Below are positions 26,490-36,266 of a DNA stretch of 64,000 bases, piece after piece (the first letter of the stretch is position 1; the number at the start of each line of letters is the position of its first letter). The notes under the pieces are model-generated. The model saw only the letters and a program-made list of their open reading frames with translations. It ran no database searches and was not told where the DNA came from. The stretch spans positions 36,088 through 100,087 of the forward strand of contig CAYGPF010000004.1 of NCBI GenBank assembly GCA_964351785.1. Reading direction: 5' to 3'. The DNA comes from an uncultured Rhodomicrobium sp. Lineage in GTDB: Bacteria > Pseudomonadota > Alphaproteobacteria > Rhizobiales > HXMU1428-3. The position numbers were made by a program, and so were the translations under genes.

Positions 26490-27101
26490 TTAATTACAGG
26501 TCTGATAGGTACCCTCAATCTGCTTGCCCACCGAGCAGAGTATCCCGCCCCATTTAAAGCCGGTGCGGTCGCCCCGATACTGGATCCTAAACCAGGGATA
26601 TCCATTCATCATTTTACCTGTCCGCTCCAGGATCATGATGTATTCGCCTTCGCTGAGGCTGGCTTTTTTACGGTAATTCATGCCAGGGCCTGAGCGCACG
26701 ATACCACCCCAGGATTTGGCCTGCACCGGGAAGTGATCCGCCTGATGCTCCCCGCCGTGATGATTATTACCGCTGACTTTGGTGCAGTGATCATCAATCT
26801 GCCCCTGGGTGCCGACCATGGCTGTGTTACCCTTGACATGCAGCACCCAGTTTCCGTCAGTATATCTCGCACCTGAACCTGAGCGGACATTGTCCAGGAC
26901 GATCTCTGGTGAGCTGTCATGAGAAATGATGGCGATTGAGGTTTTACTGGTGTTGATAAACTTTACAATCAGCGGGATGCCCTCATTGCAGGTATATTCA
27001 ACCCTGGTGGATTCAGCTTTTGCCTCTGCCGCAAACAATAAGCTGGCAATGGCGATTATGAATGTGATGACGGGTGTGAAGCTATTGGCTTTGCTGGACA
27101 T
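26490..27101 (-). CDS. Secreted MliC-like domain protein with a C-terminal SH3-like domain
   Basis: Signal peptide, then YTCNEGIPLIVKF...SGSGARYTDGNWVLHVKGNTA (MliC pattern), a His/Gly linker, then WGGIVRSGPGMNYRKKASLSEGEYIMILE...WFRIQY (bacterial SH3-like). Confidence 0.65.
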   Translation of the reverse strand: MSSKANSFTPVITFIIAIASLLFAAEAKAESTRVEYTCNEGIPLIVKFINTSKTSIAIISHDSSPEIVLDNVRSGSGARYTDGNWVLHVKGNTAMVGTQGQIDDHCTKVSGNNHHGGEHQADHFPVQAKSWGGIVRSGPGMNYRKKASLSEGEYIMILERTGKMMNGYPWFRIQYRGDRTGFKWGGILCSVGKQIEGTYQTCN

Positions 27102-27462
27102 TTTTGCCTCCGTTTATGCCGGGTTTTCACTGTTTTTGATTGCATTGATAGTAAAGCGGGAATTGAAGTCTGCCCAGAAAAATTGACCGGTTTAACCATT
27201 AAACATTTGTAACTTTTATTATATTTCAAAAACCTTGATCATATGTCGCAGTTTTTAGTTGATAAAAAGAATTGAAATTGGCCCCCTGAATGTTATAAAT
27301 TTTAACGGAAGCATGGGTCCACAACCAAAGTATGTTTTCATTGAAACGTACCGATAACAAATAACAATGGTTGATCACTCCCGCTTCTGTCATTGACTGT
27401 CCACGGAAATGAAAACTGCTGAACGGCACGGGCTGGCCATAGTTTAAGAGCGATTGTTGATC

Positions 27463-29205
27463 ATGTATAAGCCTAAGGCACCGGTTGCTTTATTGTTAAA
27501 TGTAGACACCGACCGTCCTTTGCAAACGCAATTGTTTGATCAGTTGCGTGCCATGATTCTTGACGGGCAATTAAAGTCCGGTTCTGCCCTGCCGGCCACT
27601 CGCAATCTGAGTGAAGATTTGGGCATTTCCCGCAAAACCGTCGTCAATGCTTATGACCGTTTGCTGCTTGAAGGTTATATAGAGAGCAAACCCTCCATAG
27701 GCACCTTTGTCAGTGAGGCCATTCCGGATGAGGGAATTTTAGCAGGCGGGACAAAAGCTGAGGCAGGGGATAGAAAATACGGCGCGCCAGCCCATGAGCC
27801 TGCCGTGCTTGCCACTGCAAGGCGGCATCAGGCCTTTGGCGTCAAAGTGCCTCCGGCAGCAGTTTCAAATACCCCTGATGCCTGCATTGATTTTCGGCCC
27901 GCCAGTTTTGATCCGGCGCTGTTTCCGGAGCGGGCCTGGCGACGAGCCTATAGCCGCCAGTGCGGGCTGACAGAGCTGCATGCTCAATCAAAAGACCGGC
28001 AGGGTTTTTACCCGTTGCGCCGGGCCATTGCCGAACATCTTGGACCTTCGCGCGGTATTGTCACCAGCGCTGATCATGTGGTCCTGACCGCCGGTCTTGA
28101 TCAGGCGCGCACCCTGCTCAGTGATTTATTGTTAGGCCCGTCGCCCTATACAAACAGCATAGCGATTGTTGAGGCGCCGGGTTCATTGTCGCTTTCAAGG
28201 CATGTGAAATCAGCTGGCGGCACTGTTCTGCCGATACCTGTTGATCAGCATGGGCTTCGAACCAGTGAACTGCCGGCTGCCGGGGAGATGCGATCACACA
28301 ATGGTCGGGGGCTGGTTTATGTCAGCCCGCGGCAAAGTGTTCCGCTTGGTACCGGGCTTATCCTGCAACGGCAAATTGAATTACTGGACTGGGCGCAGCA
28401 GGCGCAATTGATGGTTATTGAAGATGCGGGTGAAAGTGACTTTGTTTTTCATAATGCGCCCCAAACAGCCCTGAAAGGGCTTGATCAACATGACACCGTC
28501 ATTTACTTCGGTGGGTTTGAGCATGTGGTCGGGCCGCTGATACCGCTTGCCTATCTCATTTTGCCACACGATCTGGTGGAGACAGCAACTATGCTGCTTG
28601 AACAGTACGGGACCCCTGAGCACAATTTAACTGAATGTGCGATGGCTGAATTTATGGAAAGCGGGGCCTATGACAGCCAACTGCGCAAGCTGAAAAAACA
28701 GGCTTCAGAAAAGCGGGCTTTGCTGAAAGAGGGGCTCTCCCCCCTGTTTGGTTCGCTGGATTTAATTGGCGAAGACGGGGGGCTGCAACTTGCTCTAAGA
28801 TTGCCTAATGGCTTTGGCAGCGCAGAAATTTTGGCTGACCGGGCCCTGAGAGAGGTCGGTGTCAAGCTATATAGCGCCTGTTTAAAGGCAGCTGAAGTGC
28901 CAGAGAGACGCAACCCGACTGGAAATAACACAAAATCTGCCCCACAAGGTGAGGTTTTGATATTTGGCTATGGCGGTCTGCTGCCGCATGAGATAAAAGA
29001 AGGCGCTTGCCGCTTGCGCCCGCTGATTGAACGTCATCAAAAACGCAAGGCTCAGAAAAAAACGGCCAGGATCACACCTGGCAAACACAAAAAAAGCAAC
29101 AGTTTGCTTCACAAACAAAAGAACGCTCATTCTCAACACAAGACAACGCGCCTTAATGCGAGTGATCTTGGTGATGGAAAAGCTGTAAATGGAGGAATCC
29201 GATGA
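27463..29205 (+). CDS. MocR/GabR-like GntR-family regulator with a degenerate aminotransferase-like domain and a basic C-terminal tail
   Basis: N-terminal wHTH (LPATRNLSEDLGISRKTVVNAYDRLLLEGYI) plus a fold-type-I AAT-like domain. The stop overlaps the ccmF ATG (ATGA at 29202-29205). Confidence 0.8.
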   Translation: MYKPKAPVALLLNVDTDRPLQTQLFDQLRAMILDGQLKSGSALPATRNLSEDLGISRKTVVNAYDRLLLEGYIESKPSIGTFVSEAIPDEGILAGGTKAEAGDRKYGAPAHEPAVLATARRHQAFGVKVPPAAVSNTPDACIDFRPASFDPALFPERAWRRAYSRQCGLTELHAQSKDRQGFYPLRRAIAEHLGPSRGIVTSADHVVLTAGLDQARTLLSDLLLGPSPYTNSIAIVEAPGSLSLSRHVKSAGGTVLPIPVDQHGLRTSELPAAGEMRSHNGRGLVYVSPRQSVPLGTGLILQRQIELLDWAQQAQLMVIEDAGESDFVFHNAPQTALKGLDQHDTVIYFGGFEHVVGPLIPLAYLILPHDLVETATMLLEQYGTPEHNLTECAMAEFMESGAYDSQLRKLKKQASEKRALLKEGLSPLFGSLDLIGEDGGLQLALRLPNGFGSAEILADRALREVGVKLYSACLKAAEVPERRNPTGNNTKSAPQGEVLIFGYGGLLPHEIKEGACRLRPLIERHQKRKAQKKTARITPGKHKKSNSLLHKQKNAHSQHKTTRLNASDLGDGKAVNGGIR

Positions 29206-31196
29206 CCGGTAGCTTGATTGAATTAGGCCTTGGTGCGACCAGTTTAAGCCTCGTGCTGGCGCTGGCCTGCATTGGCGCTGTCGCTTATGGGCTTTACCGC
29301 GGCGCGCCCTCCTTCCTGCATGTGGCACGCCACGGCATGATATTGAATTTTGCCCTCGTTACCCTTGGCTGCTTTACCATAATCTGGTCATTTGTGATCA
29401 AGGATTACTCGGTCCTTTACGTGGCGCAGAATTCCAATAGCCAGTTGCCTCTTCTCTACAGACTAACCGCGCTTTGGGGGGCGCATGAAGGCTCCCTTAT
29501 GCTCTGGCTCTGGTTTCTGACTGCTTTTTCAGCCCTTGCTGTTTACCTGCATTTCAACAGCCACCCCCTTTCCATGCCGTATGTGATCATCACACTGGCG
29601 GCATTGCAGGTCGGGTTTTTGATATTTATCCTGTTTCTCTCCAACCCCTTTGTGGAGGTTCACCCGGCCCTTGCAGACGGTCGGGATCTCAACCCGCTGT
29701 TGCAGGACCCTGGCCTCGCCTTTCATCCGCCAACGCTCTATATGGGTTATGTCGGGTTTTCGATCCCGTTTGCCTTTGCCATAGCGGCGCTGGTCAGGGG
29801 GCAATCCGGACGCGAATGGGTGGTCACCACCCGGCGCTGGACGCTGTTTTCCTGGACGGCCCTGACAAGCGGCATTCTGCTTGGGGGGTACTGGGCCTAT
29901 TATGAACTTGGCTGGGGTGGTTATTGGGCATGGGATCCGGTTGAAAACGCCTCGCTGATGCCGTGGCTGACCGGCACCGCATTTCTGCATTCGATTATGG
30001 CGCAGGATCAGCGCAATCTGTTTCAAACCTGGAATGTGTTCCTGATCATCACCACCTTTGCGCTTTCTCTCCTTGGGACCTTTCTTGTGCGTTCTGGAGT
30101 ATTGACATCTGTGCATGCCTTTGCCTCTGACCCCGGCCGGGGTGCTTATATTCTCGGCTTTCTGGTGGTTGTCGCTGTTTTAAGCTACGGGCTGCTGGTA
30201 CTGCGCGGCCACCGGCTTATCGGGCCATCCAGCATTTCACATATGGTGAGCCGGGAATCTGCGCTGCTTTATAACAACATGCTGTTTGTCGGCGCTGCGG
30301 TGATTGTGCTTACAGGCACGCTTTACCCGCTGGCGATTGAGGTTCTGACAGGGGAGCGGGTTTCTGTGGCTGCGCCATATTTCAACAAGGTGATGGCGCC
30401 TTTGCTGCTCGGTATTGTGTTGCTGATGGGGCTTGGGCCGCTTGTGCCATGGCGAAAAGCCAACCTTTCCAATCTTAGAGTGCAATTTGCAGTGCCGCTC
30501 CTTGCAGCGGTGATTGTGGGGCTGATGGCGGTTTTCCTTGGAACTGTTGACTGGATTGCCGTCATTGCGTTTGGCCTGGTTGGTTTTGTCTTTTTTGCAA
30601 CCATCATGGATGTGATGCGCGCCGTTCGGGCCCATGCCGGCACAACCGGGCGTTCCTTTCTCTCCAGCCTCGGGGCCCTTAGCCAGAACAACCAGCGGCG
30701 TTATGGCGGGTTTATCGTTCATATGGGCACTCTGGTGCTGGTGATCGGGGTGATTGGCTCCGGGTTTTTCCGGGAGGAAGCCACCGTCACCCTTGCGCCA
30801 AATGAACAAATGGTCGTTGGGCCCTATACATTGACCATGCGCAATATCGGGCCTAACAAAGGGCCAAACTACACTGAGAGGATGGCCTTTTTCGATTGGC
30901 GGCACGAAAACGGTGAAACCGGCAACCTTGCCCCGTCCAAGCGCAATTACCCTGTGACCAAAACAGTGACCACGGAAGCTGCCATTCACTCCACTTTTCT
31001 TGGTGATCTTTATGTGGTGCTTGGCAATGAAACCGGGACGGGGAAAGTTGTCACCCGCGTTTACTGGAACCCGCTGGTTAACTGGATCTGGATAGGGTGG
31101 ATGATTGTGCTGCTCGGGGTGCTGTTTGCCATGACCAAACGGGCACCGCGGTTTAAACATGCGCAAGCTGCACCGCAGGAGGCAATGGCGAAATGA
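29202..31196 (+). CDS. ccmF: Cytochrome c-type biogenesis heme lyase subunit
   Basis: WWD motif WGGYWAWDPVENASLMPWL in a multi-TM protein of the expected size. Confidence 0.96.
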   Translation: MTGSLIELGLGATSLSLVLALACIGAVAYGLYRGAPSFLHVARHGMILNFALVTLGCFTIIWSFVIKDYSVLYVAQNSNSQLPLLYRLTALWGAHEGSLMLWLWFLTAFSALAVYLHFNSHPLSMPYVIITLAALQVGFLIFILFLSNPFVEVHPALADGRDLNPLLQDPGLAFHPPTLYMGYVGFSIPFAFAIAALVRGQSGREWVVTTRRWTLFSWTALTSGILLGGYWAYYELGWGGYWAWDPVENASLMPWLTGTAFLHSIMAQDQRNLFQTWNVFLIITTFALSLLGTFLVRSGVLTSVHAFASDPGRGAYILGFLVVVAVLSYGLLVLRGHRLIGPSSISHMVSRESALLYNNMLFVGAAVIVLTGTLYPLAIEVLTGERVSVAAPYFNKVMAPLLLGIVLLMGLGPLVPWRKANLSNLRVQFAVPLLAAVIVGLMAVFLGTVDWIAVIAFGLVGFVFFATIMDVMRAVRAHAGTTGRSFLSSLGALSQNNQRRYGGFIVHMGTLVLVIGVIGSGFFREEATVTLAPNEQMVVGPYTLTMRNIGPNKGPNYTERMAFFDWRHENGETGNLAPSKRNYPVTKTVTTEAAIHSTFLGDLYVVLGNETGTGKVVTRVYWNPLVNWIWIGWMIVLLGVLFAMTKRAPRFKHAQAAPQEAMAK

Positions 31197-31783
31197 GTGA
31201 GACGGAGCCTTACAACACACCTTTGAGAAAACCGGTTGCATGGTGGCAATTTGGCCTGATCGGCGTGATGTTTTTAATGTTTGTTATGTTTGCGGCCGGG
31301 CTTGGTCGGGACGGAAAATTTCTGCCCTCACCGCTGATCGGCAAAGCTGCCTATAATTTTGACATACCCAAACTCGGGTCGGATGAGCGCATAAAGCTCA
31401 GCGATTACCGGGGCAAGATTGTTGTTATGAATTTTTGGGCGTCATGGTGTGTGTCTTGCCGGGAAGAGCATCACGTGCTCTTGAAGGTTTCGAAAAAAAT
31501 GGCTGGTTTGCAGAATGTGCAATTTTTGGGAATCAACCATAAAGATACAGCTGACAACGCTGAAGGCTTTCTCAAAAAAATGGGTCGTTTCCCTTACCCA
31601 TCCGGTGTTGATGGTCAGGGAAGGCTGGCGCTGGAGTTTGGGGTTTATGGGATGCCTGAGACGTATTTTATCAATGGAGATGGGATCATTGTTGGTAAAC
31701 ATATTGGCCCGCTAACTGAGGAAAGTCTGATTGCTAAAATCAGCAAAGCTGCTGAATATAAAAGCGCGGAGGGCCAGCCGTGA
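31193..31783 (+). CDS. ccmG: Thiol:disulfide interchange protein DsbE/CcmG
   Basis: NFWASWCVSCREEH thioredoxin motif, GVYGMPETYFI, and an N-terminal membrane anchor. Confidence 0.94.
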   Translation: MSETEPYNTPLRKPVAWWQFGLIGVMFLMFVMFAAGLGRDGKFLPSPLIGKAAYNFDIPKLGSDERIKLSDYRGKIVVMNFWASWCVSCREEHHVLLKVSKKMAGLQNVQFLGINHKDTADNAEGFLKKMGRFPYPSGVDGQGRLALEFGVYGMPETYFINGDGIIVGKHIGPLTEESLIAKISKAAEYKSAEGQP

Positions 31784-32328
31784 AACAGATATTTACAGGA
31801 CAGGCATTGCTTTTGATGATCACTTTGGCTGTGCTTTCCCTTCACGCTTCAGTTTTTCCTACAGCGGTTTTTTCCGAGACTGGTGATAGGGCAGAGACCG
31901 CGGAGACTGTGACAAAAACAGAGACCGCGCTGGAGAAACAGGTCCGGGTTGTGGCCAGCAAATTACGCTGCCCGGTTTGCCAGGGTGAGAGCATATATGA
32001 CAGCCATTCAGATGTTGCCGTTGAGATGAAAAAACTGATTGCAGAAAAGCTCAGCGCCGGGGAGAGCGAGGAGGCGATCCTTGGTTATTTCCAGGCGCGG
32101 TATGGTAATTTCATCCTGATGGAGCCACCTGCCGAAGGCCTGCACTGGGTGATCTGGGTGTTCCCTGTATTTCTTGGATTGGTGGGTTTTATACTTGTTT
32201 ATCAGTTTATTACCGGCAGTTCGCGGCGGAAGACAATGCCGCCGCCAGGCGATAAAGATCACAAGCCGGAGAACACAAATAAAAGCGGTGGCGGCACAGC
32301 CCCGGATGTCAGGGAGCTGCAATTATGA
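31780..32328 (+). CDS. ccmH: Cytochrome c-type biogenesis protein CcmH
   Basis: LRCPVCQGESIYDS motif and a C-terminal TM segment. Confidence 0.92.
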   Translation: MKQIFTGQALLLMITLAVLSLHASVFPTAVFSETGDRAETAETVTKTETALEKQVRVVASKLRCPVCQGESIYDSHSDVAVEMKKLIAEKLSAGESEEAILGYFQARYGNFILMEPPAEGLHWVIWVFPVFLGLVGFILVYQFITGSSRRKTMPPPGDKDHKPENTNKSGGGTAPDVRELQL

Positions 32329-33275
32329 GTAGTCTGATTGGCATCCTCGCACTTGGTGCCCTTTCGCTGATAGTTATGCTTTGGCCACTCTGGCAGCGCC
32401 GGGCTGACCGCCGGCTTGGCGTTGGCGTTGAGAGTGACAATGTTGCTGAGCTTTGGGAGCGCGAGAAAGACCGGCTGGTGCAGGAGCAGAATGACCTGGA
32501 TCTGGCTTTGGCGGAGGGTAAAATTTCTGCTGAGGTGCACCGTGGGGAGCGCGCCGAAGTGATGCGAGAGGCAAAACGGGCCCTTGACCGGTTGCGCCGG
32601 GCACGGGCCGCTGAGGAAAAACTGGCCAGTTCCAGCGAGCATAAACCGCGCATTTACCCCTATATCGGGGCAGGCTTTGCCAGCCTAGTGCTTGTTGGCA
32701 CATTATTGCTTGTGTTTCAGCTCAAGGGGCTTGATATCGACCGGGTTGCCAAACAGGCCAACGCACCAAAAGTTCAGATGTCAGATATCAAGAAGATGGT
32801 TTCCTCGCTCGAAGACCGGGTCAAGTCTGGCAATGGCAGCACCAAAGACAAGCTTATGCTGGCCCGCTCCTATTTTGTGCTGGGGCAGCGGGAAAAATCG
32901 CTGGCGCTTTATGAAGGCATCCATAATGAGGACGATAAAAATCTCCCGGCCATTCTGGCCCTTGGAGAGATTTATTTTAATTCCAAAAGCCCTTTGGAGC
33001 AGGCCAAGGCGGTGGAGTTTTTTGACAAGGCGCTGCTGGTTGCACCTGATCAGGCCGAGGCCCTCTGGTTCAAGAGCCTGGCGCTGGTTCGGGCGAAAAA
33101 ATTTAGTGAGGCGCGGGTGGTTCTGGCGCATTTAATGACCGTTGCGAAAGAGAACCCCAAAGCGCAGGATGCGATCAAGCAGCTGCTGCAGGAGCTGGAT
33201 AAAAATATTCCTGCCTCCAAGATTTCAAAGGATAAAAAGGAAAATCCCCAGGAAACAGCAGGGGATGAGAAATGA
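32325..33275 (+). CDS. ccmI: Cytochrome c-type biogenesis protein CcmI/CycH (TPR)
   Basis: N-terminal TM pair with PLWQRR, a C-terminal TPR-like region, and position after ccmH. Confidence 0.85.
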   Translation: MSSLIGILALGALSLIVMLWPLWQRRADRRLGVGVESDNVAELWEREKDRLVQEQNDLDLALAEGKISAEVHRGERAEVMREAKRALDRLRRARAAEEKLASSSEHKPRIYPYIGAGFASLVLVGTLLLVFQLKGLDIDRVAKQANAPKVQMSDIKKMVSSLEDRVKSGNGSTKDKLMLARSYFVLGQREKSLALYEGIHNEDDKNLPAILALGEIYFNSKSPLEQAKAVEFFDKALLVAPDQAEALWFKSLALVRAKKFSEARVVLAHLMTVAKENPKAQDAIKQLLQELDKNIPASKISKDKKENPQETAGDEK

Positions 33276-33318
33276 ACTGGCAGAAAAATGAATTTGCCAG
33301 CCGGAAAGGGTAATTTTG

Positions 33319-34572
33319 ATGTTTTCTTATGACAAATGCCTTGAAGAGAAGCTCAATGACTTGAAGGAAGAAGGGCGTTACCGCGTGTTCCTCGATCTGG
33401 AGCGGATCGTTGGCCAGTTTCCCAAAGCCTCCAACTTTGGCGACTATACAAGTGTCGATGGCAAATGTCCGCGCAACAGCTTTGAGCCGATTGGCGACAT
33501 TACTGTCTGGTGCTCCAATGATTATCTTGGAATGGGGCAAAACAGGGATGTGCTGGATGCGATGGTTGACGCGATAGAGCGGCTTGGCGCTGGCGCTGGC
33601 GGCACACGCAACATTTCCGGGAACCACCATTTGATTGTGCAACTGGAAAAAGAGCTAGCGGAGCTGCATCAGAAAGAAGCCTCACTGGTGTTTACCTCTG
33701 GCTATGTGGCGAATGAAGCGACCTTGAGCACACTTTCCCGGTTGCTACCCGGCTGTGTGGTGATTTCCGATGAGCTGAACCATGCTTCCATGATCCAGGG
33801 TATCCTGCACGGGCAAGCGGAGAAGAAGGTGTTCCGGCATAATGATCTGGCTCATCTTGAAGAAATTCTGAAAGAGACTGACCCCTCACGCCCGAAGCTG
33901 CTGGCTTTTGAAAGCGTTTATTCCATGGACGGTGATATTTGCCCGATACATGAAATTTGCGACCTTGCTGAGCGGTACAATGCCTTTACCTACCTGGATG
34001 AAGTGCATGCGGTTGGCATGTACGGGCCACGCGGCGGCGGGATAGCAGACCGGGAAGGCTTGATGGACCGGATTGACATTATCCAGGGCACGCTGGCGAA
34101 AGCTTATGGCGTGATCGGGGGGTATATCTCCGGGAAAAATTCCACGATTGATGCCATCCGCAGTTTTGCCAGCGGGTTTATTTTCACAACCACGTTGCCG
34201 CCGGCTGTTGCCGCCGGGGCGCTGACCAGTGTGCGCCATCTCAAGCAAAGCGATGAGGAACGGGAGCTGCAACAGGAGCGAGCCGCCCAGTTAAAAGAGA
34301 TGCTGAAAAGGGCTGAAATTCCCTATATCCATTCAGACACCCATATTGTGCCGGTGCTGGTTGGTGATCCGGTTCTCTGCAAGGAAGTTTCTGACAGGTT
34401 GCTTGGCCAATATGGCATGTATATACAGCCAATTAATTTTCCGACTGTGCCGCGCGGCACAGAGCGGCTGCGTATAACGCCTGGCCCTCTCCATAGCACA
34501 GAGATGCTTGAAGAGCTGGTGGGTGCCCTTTCCAAAATCTGGTCCGAGATCAATCTGCCGCGAGCGGCGTGA
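33319..34572 (+). CDS. hemA: 5-aminolevulinate synthase
   Basis: [33 protein letters not shown] and the PLP-lysine context GTLAKAYGV are typical of ALAS. Confidence 0.96.
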   Translation: MFSYDKCLEEKLNDLKEEGRYRVFLDLERIVGQFPKASNFGDYTSVDGKCPRNSFEPIGDITVWCSNDYLGMGQNRDVLDAMVDAIERLGAGAGGTRNISGNHHLIVQLEKELAELHQKEASLVFTSGYVANEATLSTLSRLLPGCVVISDELNHASMIQGILHGQAEKKVFRHNDLAHLEEILKETDPSRPKLLAFESVYSMDGDICPIHEICDLAERYNAFTYLDEVHAVGMYGPRGGGIADREGLMDRIDIIQGTLAKAYGVIGGYISGKNSTIDAIRSFASGFIFTTTLPPAVAAGALTSVRHLKQSDEERELQQERAAQLKEMLKRAEIPYIHSDTHIVPVLVGDPVLCKEVSDRLLGQYGMYIQPINFPTVPRGTERLRITPGPLHSTEMLEELVGALSKIWSEINLPRAA

Positions 34573-34633
34573 CAAAATTAGAATTCAATGCCCTCATTGC
34601 GAGGGTAATGGCGAATTTGGGAGATATTGATTT

Positions 34634-35074
34634 ATGACGCGTAAAGGAAAACGGATTGTTACCATCCTTTCCCTTTTGGGGCTTCTGCTGGCCAGCGCTG
34701 GACTGGTGGTTTTTGCGTTCCGGGATAATCTCGTTTTTTTCCTCACACCTTCTGATGTAATTGCCGGCAAGGCAAAGGGATTTGATAAATTGCGCATTGG
34801 TGGCATGGTGGAAAAGGGCAGCTTCAAACGGCTGGAGGACGGTCTGACAGTTTCTTTTCTGGTCACTGATTTTGATCACTCGATCCCGGTTCATTACACT
34901 GGCCTGCTGCCAAACCTTTTTAAGGAAGGTCAGGGTGTTATTGCGGAGGGGAACTTTGACGGCAAGCGTTTTGTTGCCAAGACAGTCCTTGCCAAACACG
35001 ATGAAAAATATGTGCCCCGTGAAATTCGTGACACAATGAAACGCAAGGCGATTGAGGAAAAAGCTGCTGAATAA
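34634..35074 (+). CDS. ccmE: Cytochrome c-type biogenesis heme chaperone
   Basis: N-terminal anchor, OB-fold, and the heme-binding His context VLAKHDEKYVP. Confidence 0.95.
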   Translation: MTRKGKRIVTILSLLGLLLASAGLVVFAFRDNLVFFLTPSDVIAGKAKGFDKLRIGGMVEKGSFKRLEDGLTVSFLVTDFDHSIPVHYTGLLPNLFKEGQGVIAEGNFDGKRFVAKTVLAKHDEKYVPREIRDTMKRKAIEEKAAE

Positions 35075-35132
35075 TGGCATATAGTGCAGTTTCCTGGTTT
35101 TTTTGCAGTTATTTTTTGCAACAGCTCTGGTT

Positions 35133-35146
35133 TTGATATAGATCAA
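35133..35146. promoter_or_regulatory. Perfect FNR/FixK-type box upstream of the fnr-type gene
   Basis: TTGAT-ATAG-ATCAA, centred about 50 nt before the ATG at 35189. Confidence 0.75.
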
Positions 35147-35188
35147 TTTATAGTGCTCAATTGATATCTGCAGGAGAGTTAACCCCTC

Positions 35189-35962
35189 ATGTCCAGCCCG
35201 AATGATGTTTCTCCGATTGATGTCATGCAAGAGGATAGCGCTGTTGATGATCCGCCTCAGTGCCGGTTCTGCGAAGCGCGGGCTTGCGGAATGTGCTCCG
35301 ATCTTTCACGCATGGAGATTGATCAGCTCAGTAAAATTACCAGAACCCGCGATTTCAAGGCTGGTGATCTTATCTATTCTGATGAGGGGCCGATTGAAAA
35401 TTACGCAACCCTGAAAAAGGGGATTGTCAAACTTTCCAAAATTTTACCAGATGGCCGGCAACAGACCATCGGCCTTGGTTTTCCACCTGATTTTATCGGC
35501 CGCACCTACAAGGACACCAACACCTATTTTGTCAACGCGCTGACGGATGTTACCGTCTGCACATTTCCGCGCGATCCCTTTAACAAGTTTTTGAAATCAA
35601 CACAGTCGCTTGAACACAGGTTGTTTTTGCTGACCCTGAAAGATCTCGATATTGCCAGGGATCTGATGTTGATGCTCGGGCAGATGACTGCAATTGAAAA
35701 GCTGGCAACCCTTTTGCTGCATTTTTCGGAAAAAGAGCATCGGGCCGCAATCCTCCAGGGGAAATCCTCCAGTGAAAACAGTTTTGAATTGCCATTAACG
35801 CGCTCAGAAATTGCTGATTTTCTTGGACTGACAATCGAAACGGTGAGCCGTCAATTCTCCATTTTGAAAAAACGCGGATTGATTGCCATTGACCGGAAAC
35901 GATTTATTGAAATTCTTGACCGGGACGCCCTCAAGGAAGTCAGCGTTCAGGGGCATCGTTGA
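35189..35962 (+). CDS. Crp/Fnr family transcriptional regulator (FnrL/FnrN type with an N-terminal Cys cluster)
   Basis: N-terminal CRFCEARACGMC cluster, a cNMP-binding-like fold, and C-terminal HTH EIADFLGLTIETVSRQFS. Confidence 0.9.
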   Translation: MSSPNDVSPIDVMQEDSAVDDPPQCRFCEARACGMCSDLSRMEIDQLSKITRTRDFKAGDLIYSDEGPIENYATLKKGIVKLSKILPDGRQQTIGLGFPPDFIGRTYKDTNTYFVNALTDVTVCTFPRDPFNKFLKSTQSLEHRLFLLTLKDLDIARDLMLMLGQMTAIEKLATLLLHFSEKEHRAAILQGKSSSENSFELPLTRSEIADFLGLTIETVSRQFSILKKRGLIAIDRKRFIEILDRDALKEVSVQGHR

Positions 35963-36058
35963 GACGCTCCCAAATTGCAGTGACGACACAGAAACCTGCC
36001 TGCTTTTATACCTTCTTTCGTCTACATTTCCACCAATTTTGAAATCTTGCCAATCGCA

Positions 36059-36072
36059 TTTGATCTAGGTCA
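36059..36072. promoter_or_regulatory. FNR/FixK-type box upstream of ccoN
   Basis: TTGAT-CTAG-GTCAA (one mismatch to TTGAT-N4-ATCAA), about 200 nt upstream of the ccoN ATG. Confidence 0.65.
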
Positions 36073-36266
36073 ATACAAAACCTTTGCCCCGGTATTATTG
36101 ATTTAGTAGTATCAAAGTGGGGGGAAGTTGTCCTCATTCGTGCATTTTGGTGCAGGCCTCTGTGTTGGGGGGGGCACAGTCTTCATAACAACTGACCCTT
36201 AGCTGTTGTTGCCAGGGGGTGAAGACCTTTTCTCCTGGCAGGTGAAAAACAATAAGGGGATTATTG

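Noticed and set aside
30237-31241. 334-aa ORF antisense to ccmF, together with 29529-30116 and 30323-30691.
   Set aside because: It is fully embedded opposite a confidently identified, motif-bearing gene. The product is His/Pro/Arg/Lys-rich and low complexity, typical of antisense frames of GC-rich membrane-protein genes, and there is no SD.
34550-35230. 226-aa minus-strand ORF covering ccmE.
   Set aside because: It is opposite the confidently identified ccmE, which has its heme-binding His context and membrane anchor. The product has no motif.
36098-36115. A second FNR box, TTGATTTAGTAGTATCAA, before ccoN.
   Set aside because: The half-sites are separated by 8 nt rather than 4, so it does not fit the TTGAT-N4-ATCAA geometry. 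It may be chance or a site for another factor.
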